Below are positions 18,421-27,749 of a DNA stretch of 64,000 nt, in pieces. The notes under the pieces were generated by a model, which was not told the DNA's origin, did not search any database, and was given only the letters and a program-made list of their open reading frames with translations. Source of the stretch: a virus (lineage: Duplodnaviria; Caudoviricetes); the IMG/VR virus record IMGVR_UViG_3300009181_000073, positions 1,593 to 65,592 of that record; one strand, written 5' to 3'. Made by a program: the position numbers and the translations under genes. Every line of letters begins with the position of its first letter. Positions within the stretch are counted from its first letter, which is position 1.

Positions 18421-19392
18421 TTGTTAACCAATTTTTTCGAATATCATATTTCATTCATAGTTATTAACATGGTTAATATAAATAATTTTAAGTGCGATCA
18501 GTGTAGTAAAAATTTTATCAGAGAAGTTAGACAAATACGTAAGAATAGTAAAAATTGTTTCTGTAGCAAACAATGCGGCTATAATCACAGCCGCCACTCA
18601 ATAGAATTACCATGCGGCAATTGCAAAAAACCAACCGTTCGCTTGCGTGCAGTAGTGAATTCTTCAAAGAGTGGATTCATATTCTGTTCTCAATCTTGCT
18701 CAGCAATCTATAGCAATACGCATAAAAAACAAGGCACCAGAAGATCAAAACTTGAAACATGGCTAGAAGAACAATTAAGAGAAAAATATCCAACGCTGGA
18801 TATCTTGTGCAATCAAAAGAATGCTATCAACTCTGAACTAGATATCCACTTTCCAGCACTAAAACTTGCTTTTGAATTAAATGGAATATTCCATTATGAA
18901 CCAATCTATGGCCAAGATAAGTTAAATAAAATACAAAACAATGATAATAGAAAATATCAAGCTTGCATAGAAAATAAAATAGAACTCTGTATCATTGATA
19001 CCTCAAAGTTTGGCTATTTTAAAATATCAGGAGCAATGAAGTTTCTGGATATCATCACAAATATCGTTGACAATAACATAACAAAACATATTGCGGCAAA
19101 CATTGAAATTAACTCTACCGATATCAATAGAGGATTCATTCAGCCAAAAATAAAAAAAGAAATAACCTGCTCCACTTATAATCTTATGGAGAAAGCTGTC
19201 TCTTGGAATAAATTAATAGAAACAGAAAACTTAACCAAAGCAGATATCGCTCGGCTAGAACAAAAGTCAAGAGCATATATCACCAATGTAATGAAATTAT
19301 TAGAACTACCACAGGATATCCAGAAAGCACTGTTAGATAAATCCTATCCCAAAACTTCCTTTAAAAATATCCTCAATCAATTCATAAAATAA
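18421..19392 (+). CDS. putative homing endonuclease (Zn ribbons, Vsr/DUF559-like nuclease, ParB-like HTH)
   Basis: CxxC/FCSxxC repeats; ELDIHFP.LKLAFELNGIFHY; C-terminal LTKADIARLEQKSRAYITNVMKLLELP. Confidence 0.7.
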   Translation: MLTNFFEYHISFIVINMVNINNFKCDQCSKNFIREVRQIRKNSKNCFCSKQCGYNHSRHSIELPCGNCKKPTVRLRAVVNSSKSGFIFCSQSCSAIYSNTHKKQGTRRSKLETWLEEQLREKYPTLDILCNQKNAINSELDIHFPALKLAFELNGIFHYEPIYGQDKLNKIQNNDNRKYQACIENKIELCIIDTSKFGYFKISGAMKFLDIITNIVDNNITKHIAANIEINSTDINRGFIQPKIKKEITCSTYNLMEKAVSWNKLIETENLTKADIARLEQKSRAYITNVMKLLELPQDIQKALLDKSYPKTSFKNILNQFIK

Positions 19393-19430
19393 AACCAGCA
19401 AACCCTTCTGGATATTGCTGGCTCTTGTTG

Positions 19431-19504
19431 CGTACCCACCTAGACTTGAACTAGGGACATTCTACTTAACAGGCAGACGCTCTAACCGACTGAGCTATGG
19501 GCAC
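19431..19504 (-). tRNA. tRNA-Asn(GUU)
   Basis: Cloverleaf GTGCCCA/TGGGTAC, anticodon arm TCTGC-CTGTTAA-GTAGA, TTCAAGT T loop; no encoded CCA. Confidence 0.9.
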
Positions 19505-19554
19505 ATGAAACATGTTATAATCTATTTTGTAATGCGTATTTTGTATAACCTATA

Positions 19555-20031
19555 TTATTCTTTATGATGTATTTCTCTATGACAATTAGCACACAATATC
19601 AAACATTTATCTAATTCTATTTTTAGAGAATCCCATTTCCTAGAACTACCATCCCCAATACCAAAATCCTTTTTCGTTGGATCAATGTGATGAAACTCTA
19701 ATGCTGATATGCATCTATTGTAACTGCATTTCTCACAACTGCCACCCTTGTATTCAACACACCTTTTTTTCAAATTCTTTCTGGCTGATGTTGTGCAACA
19801 TGCACCACACTTCGTCATGCGATCTCCTTTATGCTTGTAAATAAATTCTTTGCCGCATGTAGAACATATCTGATGCTTGCCACGCATTGTCTCTTGATCA
19901 ATATCTTTTTTGGTATTGTGATTACCAAAAGGAGAACAAGATAAACAATATTTTCTGGATTGTAAGTTTCTATGCTTACCGTCAATCTTAATGTTTTTAA
20001 TCTCGGAGTTACACTTAATACAAATCTTCAT
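19555..20031 (-). CDS. HNH endonuclease
   Basis: CEKC...ALEFHHIDP...LCANCHREIH. Confidence 0.85.
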   Translation of the reverse strand: MKICIKCNSEIKNIKIDGKHRNLQSRKYCLSCSPFGNHNTKKDIDQETMRGKHQICSTCGKEFIYKHKGDRMTKCGACCTTSARKNLKKRCVEYKGGSCEKCSYNRCISALEFHHIDPTKKDFGIGDGSSRKWDSLKIELDKCLILCANCHREIHHKE

Positions 20032-20873
20032 AGAGTTTCATTTTGATTGGCAAGTGCACTTTCTTGTGCTTTAATCCATTTGCGTATGGTATTATCACTA
20101 ACACCATATTTTTTCCCAACAGCAACATAAGTGCTATTGATAAGATCTTGTTTTAACTCTTCTAGAGATGGTCTAGATACTTTCCGCTGATATAAACTAT
20201 AGCAAGCAAAACACCGTTTGGAAGAGTAGGATATTTCTTTCCCACATTCACATTTTCTAGCATCAGCTTTAATCTTCTCTTTAATCTCTAAAAGAGGAAG
20301 TTTCATTATTTCTAATAGTTTATTTAAACAAATACTAACATCTTTACAGACTTCAGAAGCAGTAAATCGTATTACTCTCCAGCCTATAGATTCTGTCCAT
20401 TTATCTCTACGTTCATCAATTCTTTTCACATTATCTGTTAAGTGTAGTTTGCCATCAATTTCCACATCAATTCTTTCTTCTGGAAATGCAAAATCAAACT
20501 GATATATGCTCATTGGTTTTTCTGGCTCAAAATTTGTAAGACCATACTCTTTCAATGCTTTTTCGAAAATAAGTTCTGGTATAGATCTTTTACTAGAATG
20601 ATTCAACCGATAAGGAACTTTTTCTGGATGTAATTTAAGATACGCTGTGCGTCTTGCAGATATTTTCTTTTTTGTTTCTTCAGTATGTTTCCTTGGATTC
20701 TTAATAGCGGCTAATCTTAGTGCTTCTGTTCTTGAACGGAATACAATATCTCCTCTTTTTTTAGCTTTATATAGTGCCGCTACTCTAACACCATATTTTT
20801 GAGTTATTTCTTTTTGAGTTAGCCCACTCTCATAGTCTGCTTGTATTAAATTCCAATCATATTTTTTCTTCAT
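20028..20873 (-). CDS. putative homing endonuclease (HTH, NUMOD3-like, DUF559-like)
   Basis: HTEETKKKIS; FDFAFPEERIDVEIDGKLH...DERRD; terminal HTHs. Confidence 0.75.
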   Translation of the reverse strand: MKKKYDWNLIQADYESGLTQKEITQKYGVRVAALYKAKKRGDIVFRSRTEALRLAAIKNPRKHTEETKKKISARRTAYLKLHPEKVPYRLNHSSKRSIPELIFEKALKEYGLTNFEPEKPMSIYQFDFAFPEERIDVEIDGKLHLTDNVKRIDERRDKWTESIGWRVIRFTASEVCKDVSICLNKLLEIMKLPLLEIKEKIKADARKCECGKEISYSSKRCFACYSLYQRKVSRPSLEELKQDLINSTYVAVGKKYGVSDNTIRKWIKAQESALANQNETL

Positions 20874-20917
20874 ATTTATAAGTAGAGTATCAGACTCTGA
20901 TTATAAAATTATTTTCG

Positions 20918-20991
20918 TGGGATCGGTGAGACTTGAACTCACGTTATTCACATATTAAAAGTATGGTGCATGGCCACTATGCTACGATCCC
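20918..20991 (-). tRNA. tRNA-Lys(UUU)
   Basis: GGGATCG/CGATCCC acceptor, CATA-CTTTTAA-TATG anticodon arm, GTGAG-TTCAAGT-CTCAC T arm. Confidence 0.85.
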
Positions 20992-21196
20992 AAACATTGA
21001 TCAGCTGTTGGCTGACTGAGTTACAGACCCAATGTAATAAGCGTTTATACCATGCGCTTCCCGGTTCAGCAAGTAAGATAAAATAAATTAATCTAAGGGA
21101 TGGTTGTTAAGATAATGTATTTTTGCTAAGGTAACTGATTCTATTATATAGTATATTCTAAGTTAAAGCTAAGTTAAATCAGTGTGATCTTTGATA

Positions 21197-22102
21197 TCAG
21201 ATATTACTTTCTGATAGTTTATTTTCTTTTAATAGCTTTTTGAATTTTTCAAATTGCTCTAAGACAAATTTTTTATTTTCTTTACCACGATCTTCTATCA
21301 CATATGGAGTATATCCACACTTTTTTATTTCTATAATCTTTACTGCATCTCTTGACTGAACTGCTTGAAGATTATGTTTAAACGTTATTTTTCTATAGTG
21401 CCATATTCCATTCCAGAGTATAGCAATTTTTAGATCTGGTAATATGATATCAGCATCCCAGCCATTGAAGTATGGTTTATTGGTGATTACGTTTTTGTAT
21501 TCACCGGCACACAGATCAGCCATATAGATTTCATTCTTGCTTCTTCTGTATAATTTTTCAGCTGATCTTTTGCCGCCTACTTTTCCTAGTCTTGAATAAT
21601 CAAATGATTGATGAGCACATCTTTTGGAACAAAACTTTTTTTGGTTTCCTCCTAGTGGATCTTTGCATGTTTGACAATGCAAACCATTTGCAACTTCTCT
21701 AGATGTAATTCTAATGCATTTCTTACATTTTTTTCTATCGTAACTTTTATCTATCAGATATTCATTATTACATCTAATACAAATTCTTAATTCTTGTTTT
21801 GGTGGTTTGTGGGCATTGTTATACGAGGCCGCACAAGAAGCATTACAAAACTTCTTACGTTTAATTTCTGATACAACATTCCCAGTTATTTCTTTTCCGC
21901 AGTGTTTGCATTCTTTGTAAGTTTTTAACATTACAATTCTATTTTTTTGGCATTCTTTACTGCAAAAGAAATAAACTTGTGGTTTTATTTTGTTTTGTAT
22001 TTTAAACTCAGCAAATCTTCTTAAATAACCTTTTGAACAAACACTACATTTCAGTTCTATCATCTTTTCCATAAAGCCTCTATTATAAATAGTATGCCTC
22101 AT
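21197..22102 (-). CDS. putative homing endonuclease (Zn ribbons, Vsr/DUF559-like)
   Basis: Multiple CxxC/FCxxxC; WDADIILPDLKIAILWNGIWHY, related to 18421-19392. Confidence 0.7.
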   Translation of the reverse strand: MRHTIYNRGFMEKMIELKCSVCSKGYLRRFAEFKIQNKIKPQVYFFCSKECQKNRIVMLKTYKECKHCGKEITGNVVSEIKRKKFCNASCAASYNNAHKPPKQELRICIRCNNEYLIDKSYDRKKCKKCIRITSREVANGLHCQTCKDPLGGNQKKFCSKRCAHQSFDYSRLGKVGGKRSAEKLYRRSKNEIYMADLCAGEYKNVITNKPYFNGWDADIILPDLKIAILWNGIWHYRKITFKHNLQAVQSRDAVKIIEIKKCGYTPYVIEDRGKENKKFVLEQFEKFKKLLKENKLSESNI

Positions 22103-22158
22103 GTTTTTCGAACTTGCCTACAATCGTTATAGTGAGTGAATCCTATAACTTTTCTTTG

Positions 22159-22441
22159 TAGGACCATCGGGATTTGAACCCGCATCGGGCGATTATCTTT
22201 CCTACTCCCTATTTCTAGGGCCGAAACATTGTTTCGTTGTAGGCTGGACTATATCTTCACCATTTCAGGTGTTTGGTATCTAGTCTCTACGGCGCTCTTA
22301 CTTTCGTAAGTTCCCTCGGTATTGTCTTCAGCTTTACCTGTTCAGAGTTTCACCGATATCCCCAAATCCACCTACAAAGTTAGTTTCCCTTGTAGGGCTC
22401 ATATTTAAGTCGCCTGCTCTAACCAATTGAGCTATGGTCCC
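22159..22441 (-). tRNA. intron-containing tRNA-Ile(UAU); exons 22441-22407 and 22196-22159
   Basis: Spliced anticodon arm GGCGA-CT-TAT-AA-TCGCC; acceptor GGGACCA/TGGTCCT; Ile2-like body. Confidence 0.85.
22197..22406 (-). ncRNA. group I intron (210 nt, IC3-like, no ORF)
   Basis: P1 exon CUU with GAG (U.G at splice site); R element GTAGAGACTAG; S element AAGATATAGTCC; terminal G. Confidence 0.9.
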
Positions 22442-22486
22442 ATTCTTTCTTAAACTTCTCTTACTTACCTTTCTTCTTACATTCTT

Positions 22487-22515
22487 ATCTTAGTTCATTC
22501 TCTTCAGATTGTCAA
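22487..22515 (-). promoter_or_regulatory. sigma70-type promoter for the tRNA region
   Basis: TTGACA-N17-TAAGAT; a second TTGACT-N17-TAAGAT lies at about 22572-22600. Confidence 0.7.
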
Positions 22516-22596
22516 CACATTCTTGATTCCCTTTGTTTTCTTTTGATTCACTGTCTCTCAACCATGAATGTATCTTACAGGATGGCTGGTTGATAG

Positions 22597-22854
22597 TCAA
22601 GAGATTGCGGTGAACACTAACTTGACGTTGTTGCTTTCATAGATATAACCTACATCTCCTGTCTCTGTTAATATTTTATATGTATGGCCGTTCCAGGGCA
22701 GTTCGATCTTGTCTGACAGCAACATGATTGTCTGATCAGACAATACTTGTTTAGCTTTATGATCAGCAATGAATTCTATATTTGAGGATAGATAAATGGG
22801 TGTACTGATTATTGGTCTTGAAACATTATAGAGCTTACCGATTTCTAGTTTCAT
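22597..22854 (-). CDS. GKLY-family small protein
   Basis: EIGKLYNV ... KILTETGDVGYI. Confidence 0.75.
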   Translation of the reverse strand: MKLEIGKLYNVSRPIISTPIYLSSNIEFIADHKAKQVLSDQTIMLLSDKIELPWNGHTYKILTETGDVGYIYESNNVKLVFTAIS

Positions 22855-22855
22855 T

Positions 22856-23137
22856 TTATTCGTTAATTTCTGTGAAGATCAAAGAATCTTCGCTATTATC
22901 CCAGATATATCCAATGATACCATCTGATGTTAGGATTTTGTATGAATTTTCTTGCAGATACTTGTTTATTATAACGGGTGAGCTTAATAGAACAAAGACT
23001 TCATTGTCTTTCAAGAAACGGATTTTGTTGGTAGAAAGACATTTAAAATCCTTGAACACAACTGGATTTGCTTCTCTTGTTTTTTCTAGCATTTTTACGG
23101 CGGTGTAGAGTTTACCGATTTTTGGTTTTTGGTTCAT
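22856..23137 (-). CDS. GKLY-family small protein
   Basis: KIGKLYTA ... KILTSDGIIGYI. Confidence 0.75.
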   Translation of the reverse strand: MNQKPKIGKLYTAVKMLEKTREANPVVFKDFKCLSTNKIRFLKDNEVFVLLSSPVIINKYLQENSYKILTSDGIIGYIWDNSEDSLIFTEINE

Positions 23138-23156
23138 GTAGATTTTTGCGGCAGAA

Positions 23157-23417
23157 TTATGGTTCTTTGAAAATATCTTCGACTTGTCTTGTTGGAAAGA
23201 ATATCCAGCCACACACACCATCAGGAGTTAAAAACTTGCAATCACTCCAGGAATATTTCTGCACGTGCTCAACAAGCATTACAGTGGTGTTTTTATCAAG
23301 CTGGATATACTTCTCTTCGCTATATCTTTCCTTGGGATTAGAAAGCGTTGATGACGGCTCAGTATACAGTGTTCTTTGTACTTTGACAACGTAAAGCTTG
23401 CCGGGTTGTAATATCAT
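23157..23417 (-). CDS. GKLY-family small protein
   Basis: QPGKLYVV ... KFLTPDGVCGWI. Confidence 0.75.
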   Translation of the reverse strand: MILQPGKLYVVKVQRTLYTEPSSTLSNPKERYSEEKYIQLDKNTTVMLVEHVQKYSWSDCKFLTPDGVCGWIFFPTRQVEDIFKEP

Positions 23418-23671
23418 GGCTTAGAAAACATCTTCCTTTCTTTGTTATAAAAGATATATCCTATGTCCCCATTGCTAGACAATATTTTAACCCTGCTAAA
23501 CTCAACACAAACTTTATCATAATGGCCATTTAGATCGGATACATTACTTAGCAATAAGATAATATCACCTTTTTGAATTACTGGTTTGCAAGCCGCAACA
23601 TAACATTCATCATCTGCATAAAGCGCTCTATCATAATTGAGCTTGCAAAGTTTTCCAGGAGATAGGTTCAT
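23414..23671 (-). CDS. GKLY-family small protein
   Basis: SPGKLCKL ... KILSSNGDIGYI. Confidence 0.75.
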   Translation of the reverse strand: MNLSPGKLCKLNYDRALYADDECYVAACKPVIQKGDIILLLSNVSDLNGHYDKVCVEFSRVKILSSNGDIGYIFYNKERKMFSKP

Positions 23672-23958
23672 TTATTTTTCTTCTGCAAAGGTTTTACTTC
23701 TTTGATAAATCCACAATATTCTTCATTGATATTATCAATCCAGCCAATATTGCCATTTTGAGATATGACTTTATACTCATCCCAATCGTTTGCTTGCATT
23801 ATTCCCAATATGACAATGATTTCATTTTTTTTGAGAAACTCAATTACTGCCGGATCTTCTTGAGAATTATGATAGATGTAACTTGGATCAAATGCTTTGT
23901 TATATAATCTTTTTTGTGTCTGTAATTTGTACAGCTTTCCAAATTGATATTCAGTCAT
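23668..23958 (-). CDS. GKLY-family small protein
   Basis: QFGKLYKL ... KVISQNGNIGWI. Confidence 0.75.
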   Translation of the reverse strand: MTEYQFGKLYKLQTQKRLYNKAFDPSYIYHNSQEDPAVIEFLKKNEIIVILGIMQANDWDEYKVISQNGNIGWIDNINEEYCGFIKEVKPLQKKNK

Positions 23959-24197
23959 AGTTTAATTTTCTTAAAAGGAGGACAGATATTACTAACTTCT
24001 ATTCTAATCCATCCCACTATCCCATTACTCGTCAAAATCTTAAATGCCCACTCATACCAAGGTAATTTTTCTTGTTTTAGTAGAACAACTATCTGGTCTT
24101 TAGGGATTGTATCCAAATAATGTTTATAAGGATCATGTTCGTATATTGATCTTTTATAAGATAGCTTGTACAGCTTTCCTATTTGATAATTAATCAT
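23955..24197 (-). CDS. GKLY-family small protein
   Basis: QIGKLYKL ... KILTSNGIVGWI. Confidence 0.75.
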   Translation of the reverse strand: MINYQIGKLYKLSYKRSIYEHDPYKHYLDTIPKDQIVVLLKQEKLPWYEWAFKILTSNGIVGWIRIEVSNICPPFKKIKL

Positions 24198-24447
24198 TTG
24201 TTATTTCCAAGAGCATATCAAAAGGCATTTTACTGAGATTGTCGCTCCAAATCCATCCTATTGTTCCTTTATCCGTGAGTATTTTAAAATGGCGATATTC
24301 TCCATGATCAATTAACCCAATAAAAAGAACTATATCATTCTTTGTCATCATGTATTCATAGTCGTAAAGTAGACCATCTGATGAATGTCTGTAAAAGGAG
24401 TTAGTTGCGGCGAGCTTATACAGCTTCCCTATTTGATAATTAATCAT
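24190..24447 (-). CDS. GKLY-family small protein
   Basis: QIGKLYKL ... KILTDKGTIGWI. Confidence 0.75.
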   Translation of the reverse strand: MINYQIGKLYKLAATNSFYRHSSDGLLYDYEYMMTKNDIVLFIGLIDHGEYRHFKILTDKGTIGWIWSDNLSKMPFDMLLEITND

Positions 24448-24468
24448 TTGTTATTTGCTAAACTAATT

Positions 24469-24729
24469 CTATTCAGAATCTACTCGTTCCCAATAAAGAA
24501 TATCAAGCGGACACCATCCAATAATTCCATCAGATGTCATTACCTTATACCACATATTCAGATCATGAACTTCTTTTTGCAAAACAATAAAAGTAGATCC
24601 CAGTTTAATATGTCCAATAATATTATTACCCAGCATTTGATCGCTTAAGCTAGTGCTATTTGCAATTTGACTTGGGATTCTACGATAAAGTTTTCCAATA
24701 ATAAATCCTGGGCTCTTCTTTTTTTTCAT
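24469..24729 (-). CDS. GKLY-family small protein
   Basis: IIGKLYRR ... KVMTSDGIIGWC. Confidence 0.75.
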   Translation of the reverse strand: MKKKKSPGFIIGKLYRRIPSQIANSTSLSDQMLGNNIIGHIKLGSTFIVLQKEVHDLNMWYKVMTSDGIIGWCPLDILYWERVDSE

Positions 24730-24950
24730 GATATCATCTCCCAATAAATACCATAATATAGAGCGCAACCAATCTCACCATTTGAATTCAGTAATCTTAC
24801 CCGTGTTTCCCATCTTACTGATTCTACTTCAATACACAGTAGCACATCTCCATTCCTAATATACTCGCCATCGTACAACCAGTCACGATTTTCCATCATG
24901 ATTGCCATACTACTATTATGCTTATATCGATATAGTTTACCTGGAATCAT
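24726..24950 (-). CDS. GKLY-family small protein
   Basis: MIPGKLYRY ... RLLNSNGEIGCA. Confidence 0.75.
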   Translation of the reverse strand: MIPGKLYRYKHNSSMAIMMENRDWLYDGEYIRNGDVLLCIEVESVRWETRVRLLNSNGEIGCALYYGIYWEMIS

Positions 24951-25171
24951 TTATTCGTCTCTTTCCAACGATATTCACCATAATATATCCAACCAACTTT
25001 ACCGTCATCGGTCAATATTTTTCTAATGTTTCCATCATGAATGATGCAAATCACAATCGAATCGCCTATCATATCAATAATATTGGCTTTCGTATAACTA
25101 CCACGAGGGTCGTTATCATAAATTACGACAGGCATCGAATGTGTATATTGGTATAGTTTACCGGGAATCAT
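24947..25171 (-). CDS. GKLY-family small protein
   Basis: MIPGKLYQY ... KILTDDGKVGWI. Confidence 0.75.
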   Translation of the reverse strand: MIPGKLYQYTHSMPVVIYDNDPRGSYTKANIIDMIGDSIVICIIHDGNIRKILTDDGKVGWIYYGEYRWKETNK

Positions 25172-25184
25172 TTATTCGTCTCTT

Positions 25185-26348
25185 TCAGCGATCACCTTTA
25201 ATACAGTTCAAATAATTCATTTGTGCATACTGAGGAACATTGTATGCTGTTAGACCATTGTATTTAATTTCTACAAGCTTACCGATCCATTTTTCTCGTT
25301 CACGCAAACATTTGGCAGCATCCTCCATCGTACCTTGGAAAGTAGCATCAAAATTCATTTTTCCATCTTGTGAGCGCAGAGAAATAATCTTTGCTTTACC
25401 GCTCCAATTTCCAGAACCTTCTTTGATATCCACAATATAAAAATCATCAGTGTCTTCTGGTTTAACCTTGAGCAAACGTTTGCTTCGCTTGTGCTCGTAG
25501 GCGGCGTCTGAATGCCTTAGAATGCCACCTTCATGTCCCAAGGCAAGAATGTCATCATAGCAGCTTTGCATCGTTTCTAGGCTATCTAGAACGGTACTGG
25601 AGACGGCTAGAGTATATTGATACTTTCCAGCAACATTGGTATCAATCCAAGCCTTTCGTTTGGCATAAGGAGCTTCTTCACTTAGCTGATCTGAGAATCC
25701 ATAACCATCATAAATATAGAATTTAATGATCTCACGGCTTTTTTGTAGATCTGCCGCAGAAACATTCTTTGTCTTGCGTGCCAGACTGACAATCTCATTG
25801 AGCCGCTGCCGAAGATCATCATTAAAACATTCACCATCCAAAACAGCTTCTGGATGCAGAGCAAAGAATGGCTGCAAGGATTCCTGAATATGTGGAATTG
25901 ATACAAACCTTTCACCTTTACGGGTGAAAAGGCCATGACGAGTTGCAACCAGTCGCATTCCATTAAGCTTGGTCTGTAGCAGCCATCGGCCATCACAGAA
26001 ATCAATCTTATCGGCATAGTCATTGTATGACTTGGCAAGCATTGGTTCAACAAATTGGAAATTGTCGATATCAGAAATATTCTTGTGATAACCAAGTTTA
26101 AGCTGCTTGGTATAACGGCTTTCAATTTCTTTTTGAGCTTGTTCTACAGCAGTTGTGGCATTAGCACGCCCAGTGTTCTTTGCTTCTGCAACAGTCCATT
26201 CGCTGGTTACAAGCTCTCCATTCAGGACACCAGAAATGGTACGATAGCAGTCGGTCTGCTGCTCCATAGACCAAACACGAACTTTTCCTGTAGTATCACG
26301 AGAAAAGAGATTACCAGCATTACAAATTGAACCCATTGTTTTCTCCAT
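25185..26348 (-). CDS. ATP-dependent DNA ligase
   Basis: PMLAK, motif I KLNGMR, LDGE, FYIYD, EGGILR, LLKVK and OB-fold tail. Confidence 0.92.
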   Translation of the reverse strand: MEKTMGSICNAGNLFSRDTTGKVRVWSMEQQTDCYRTISGVLNGELVTSEWTVAEAKNTGRANATTAVEQAQKEIESRYTKQLKLGYHKNISDIDNFQFVEPMLAKSYNDYADKIDFCDGRWLLQTKLNGMRLVATRHGLFTRKGERFVSIPHIQESLQPFFALHPEAVLDGECFNDDLRQRLNEIVSLARKTKNVSAADLQKSREIIKFYIYDGYGFSDQLSEEAPYAKRKAWIDTNVAGKYQYTLAVSSTVLDSLETMQSCYDDILALGHEGGILRHSDAAYEHKRSKRLLKVKPEDTDDFYIVDIKEGSGNWSGKAKIISLRSQDGKMNFDATFQGTMEDAAKCLREREKWIGKLVEIKYNGLTAYNVPQYAQMNYLNCIKGDR

Positions 26349-26381
26349 ATAGCGATACTATATCAGAGACGATGGCATCTG

Positions 26382-27128
26382 TCAAACAGATTTGGTTTTG
26401 ACGTATTCTTGATAGGAGTCGTATGTGTTTGGTTTATCATTCAATAAATCAACCAATACGGGGATAGGGCTTTTGGCTGGATCTTTATCTAGTTTGATAT
26501 AAGAGATTTTATTTAGGTTCATTGGTCCTGCCCCGAGAACTTCTTGTTGATATTCAAATGATCCGCCAACAACGAGATATTTTGCTGCGGCAAACATATT
26601 AAAAAAGAAATTATTGTTTACAGTATCTACTTCTGCTAACACTATATACCCAAGCACTGAACCAGCACCAGACTCTGACTTAGCTTGATTGAATAATCTT
26701 TGCAGGGAGGATACATCAATAGTCCAGCTAGAGAAGTTGCTTCCTTGTTTATTGGGAAGGATTCCTCCTATAGACATACCCATTTTTGCTGGTTTTTCTA
26801 ATCCAGTAATAGATTTAATAGAATCTTCAGATAAACCAATCAATAATCTCCATGCCTTTTGATTGTTTACTTTAAAGAAATCTGGATATAGTCCTTTGGA
26901 AGAGACTTCAATCATTTCTGGAACAAGATCATTTAATCCTTGTTTTTCATTCCAGGAATAATAAGATCCTAAAGCATTCCAAAGTTTGTTTTCTGCCGCA
27001 GTGTTTTCTTCTGGTGGGATATCTTCTTTAAAGATATCATGTCTAAATTTACCAAACAAGTGCTGACCATAGATTGCATCAGACTGTTCATTGTCAATGG
27101 ATGGGAAAAGTATTTCTAACAGATTCAT
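26382..27128 (-). CDS. hypothetical protein
   Basis: 248-aa ORF. Confidence 0.7.
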   Translation of the reverse strand: MNLLEILFPSIDNEQSDAIYGQHLFGKFRHDIFKEDIPPEENTAAENKLWNALGSYYSWNEKQGLNDLVPEMIEVSSKGLYPDFFKVNNQKAWRLLIGLSEDSIKSITGLEKPAKMGMSIGGILPNKQGSNFSSWTIDVSSLQRLFNQAKSESGAGSVLGYIVLAEVDTVNNNFFFNMFAAAKYLVVGGSFEYQQEVLGAGPMNLNKISYIKLDKDPAKSPIPVLVDLLNDKPNTYDSYQEYVKTKSV

Positions 27129-27139
27129 ATGATGATTAA

Positions 27140-27475
27140 TTATTTGCCCTGGTGAACAAAGTATAATTTTAATTTATCGAAGTCATCGTCTGCTAAGTAA
27201 AAGTATCCTACATTTCCAGAAGCAGTTAAAATTTTATACCAATAAACATTATCCAGAACTTCATCTTGACTGATTTCAATCAGAAAAAAAGTTCCTTTTT
27301 CATTCATTTGAGAATAATCAACTTCTACATCATAATATCTTTTGCTGGTACGATTATTATAATGTGGTCCCAATTCCCAAACAATCAAATAATCTTTTTT
27401 ATAATATTTGCGGCGGCAATAATATAATTGCCCGTTAATAAGATCTTTGCGTAATAGCTTTTTAATAACCATCAA
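27140..27475 (-). CDS. GKLY-family protein (divergent)
   Basis: INGQLYYC ... KILTASGNVGYF. Confidence 0.7.
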   Translation of the reverse strand: MMVIKKLLRKDLINGQLYYCRRKYYKKDYLIVWELGPHYNNRTSKRYYDVEVDYSQMNEKGTFFLIEISQDEVLDNVYWYKILTASGNVGYFYLADDDFDKLKLYFVHQGK

Positions 27476-27485
27476 ATATTACTTA

Positions 27486-27749
27486 TTACAATTGCTTGAA
27501 GTTACTGTCTGCAACTTTACTAAAAACACAAACAACACCAACAATACCATTGCTATTCAGAAACTTAATTTGTGTCACTGTAGACATACGCATCTTTGTC
27601 ATATGGAAAACATCAAGAATCATCAAAATATCATTTGGAACAACTTGACCAATACAGTTATTATATTTTCTTTCTTCTAACAAGTCTCCATCCCATATGG
27701 GAATCTTGCTGGCTCCACAATAAGAATATAATTTTCCTGGAACTATCAT
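27486..27749 (-). CDS. GKLY-family small protein
   Basis: VPGKLYSY ... KFLNSNGIVGVV. Confidence 0.75.
   Translation of the reverse strand: MIVPGKLYSYCGASKIPIWDGDLLEERKYNNCIGQVVPNDILMILDVFHMTKMRMSTVTQIKFLNSNGIVGVVCVFSKVADSNFKQL

Noticed and set aside
22196-22408. Reading the spliced tRNA as Ile(GAU)
   Set aside because: That would need the intron to end in A and would lose the U.G pair at the 5' splice site. The terminal-G rule and P1 pairing favour UAU.
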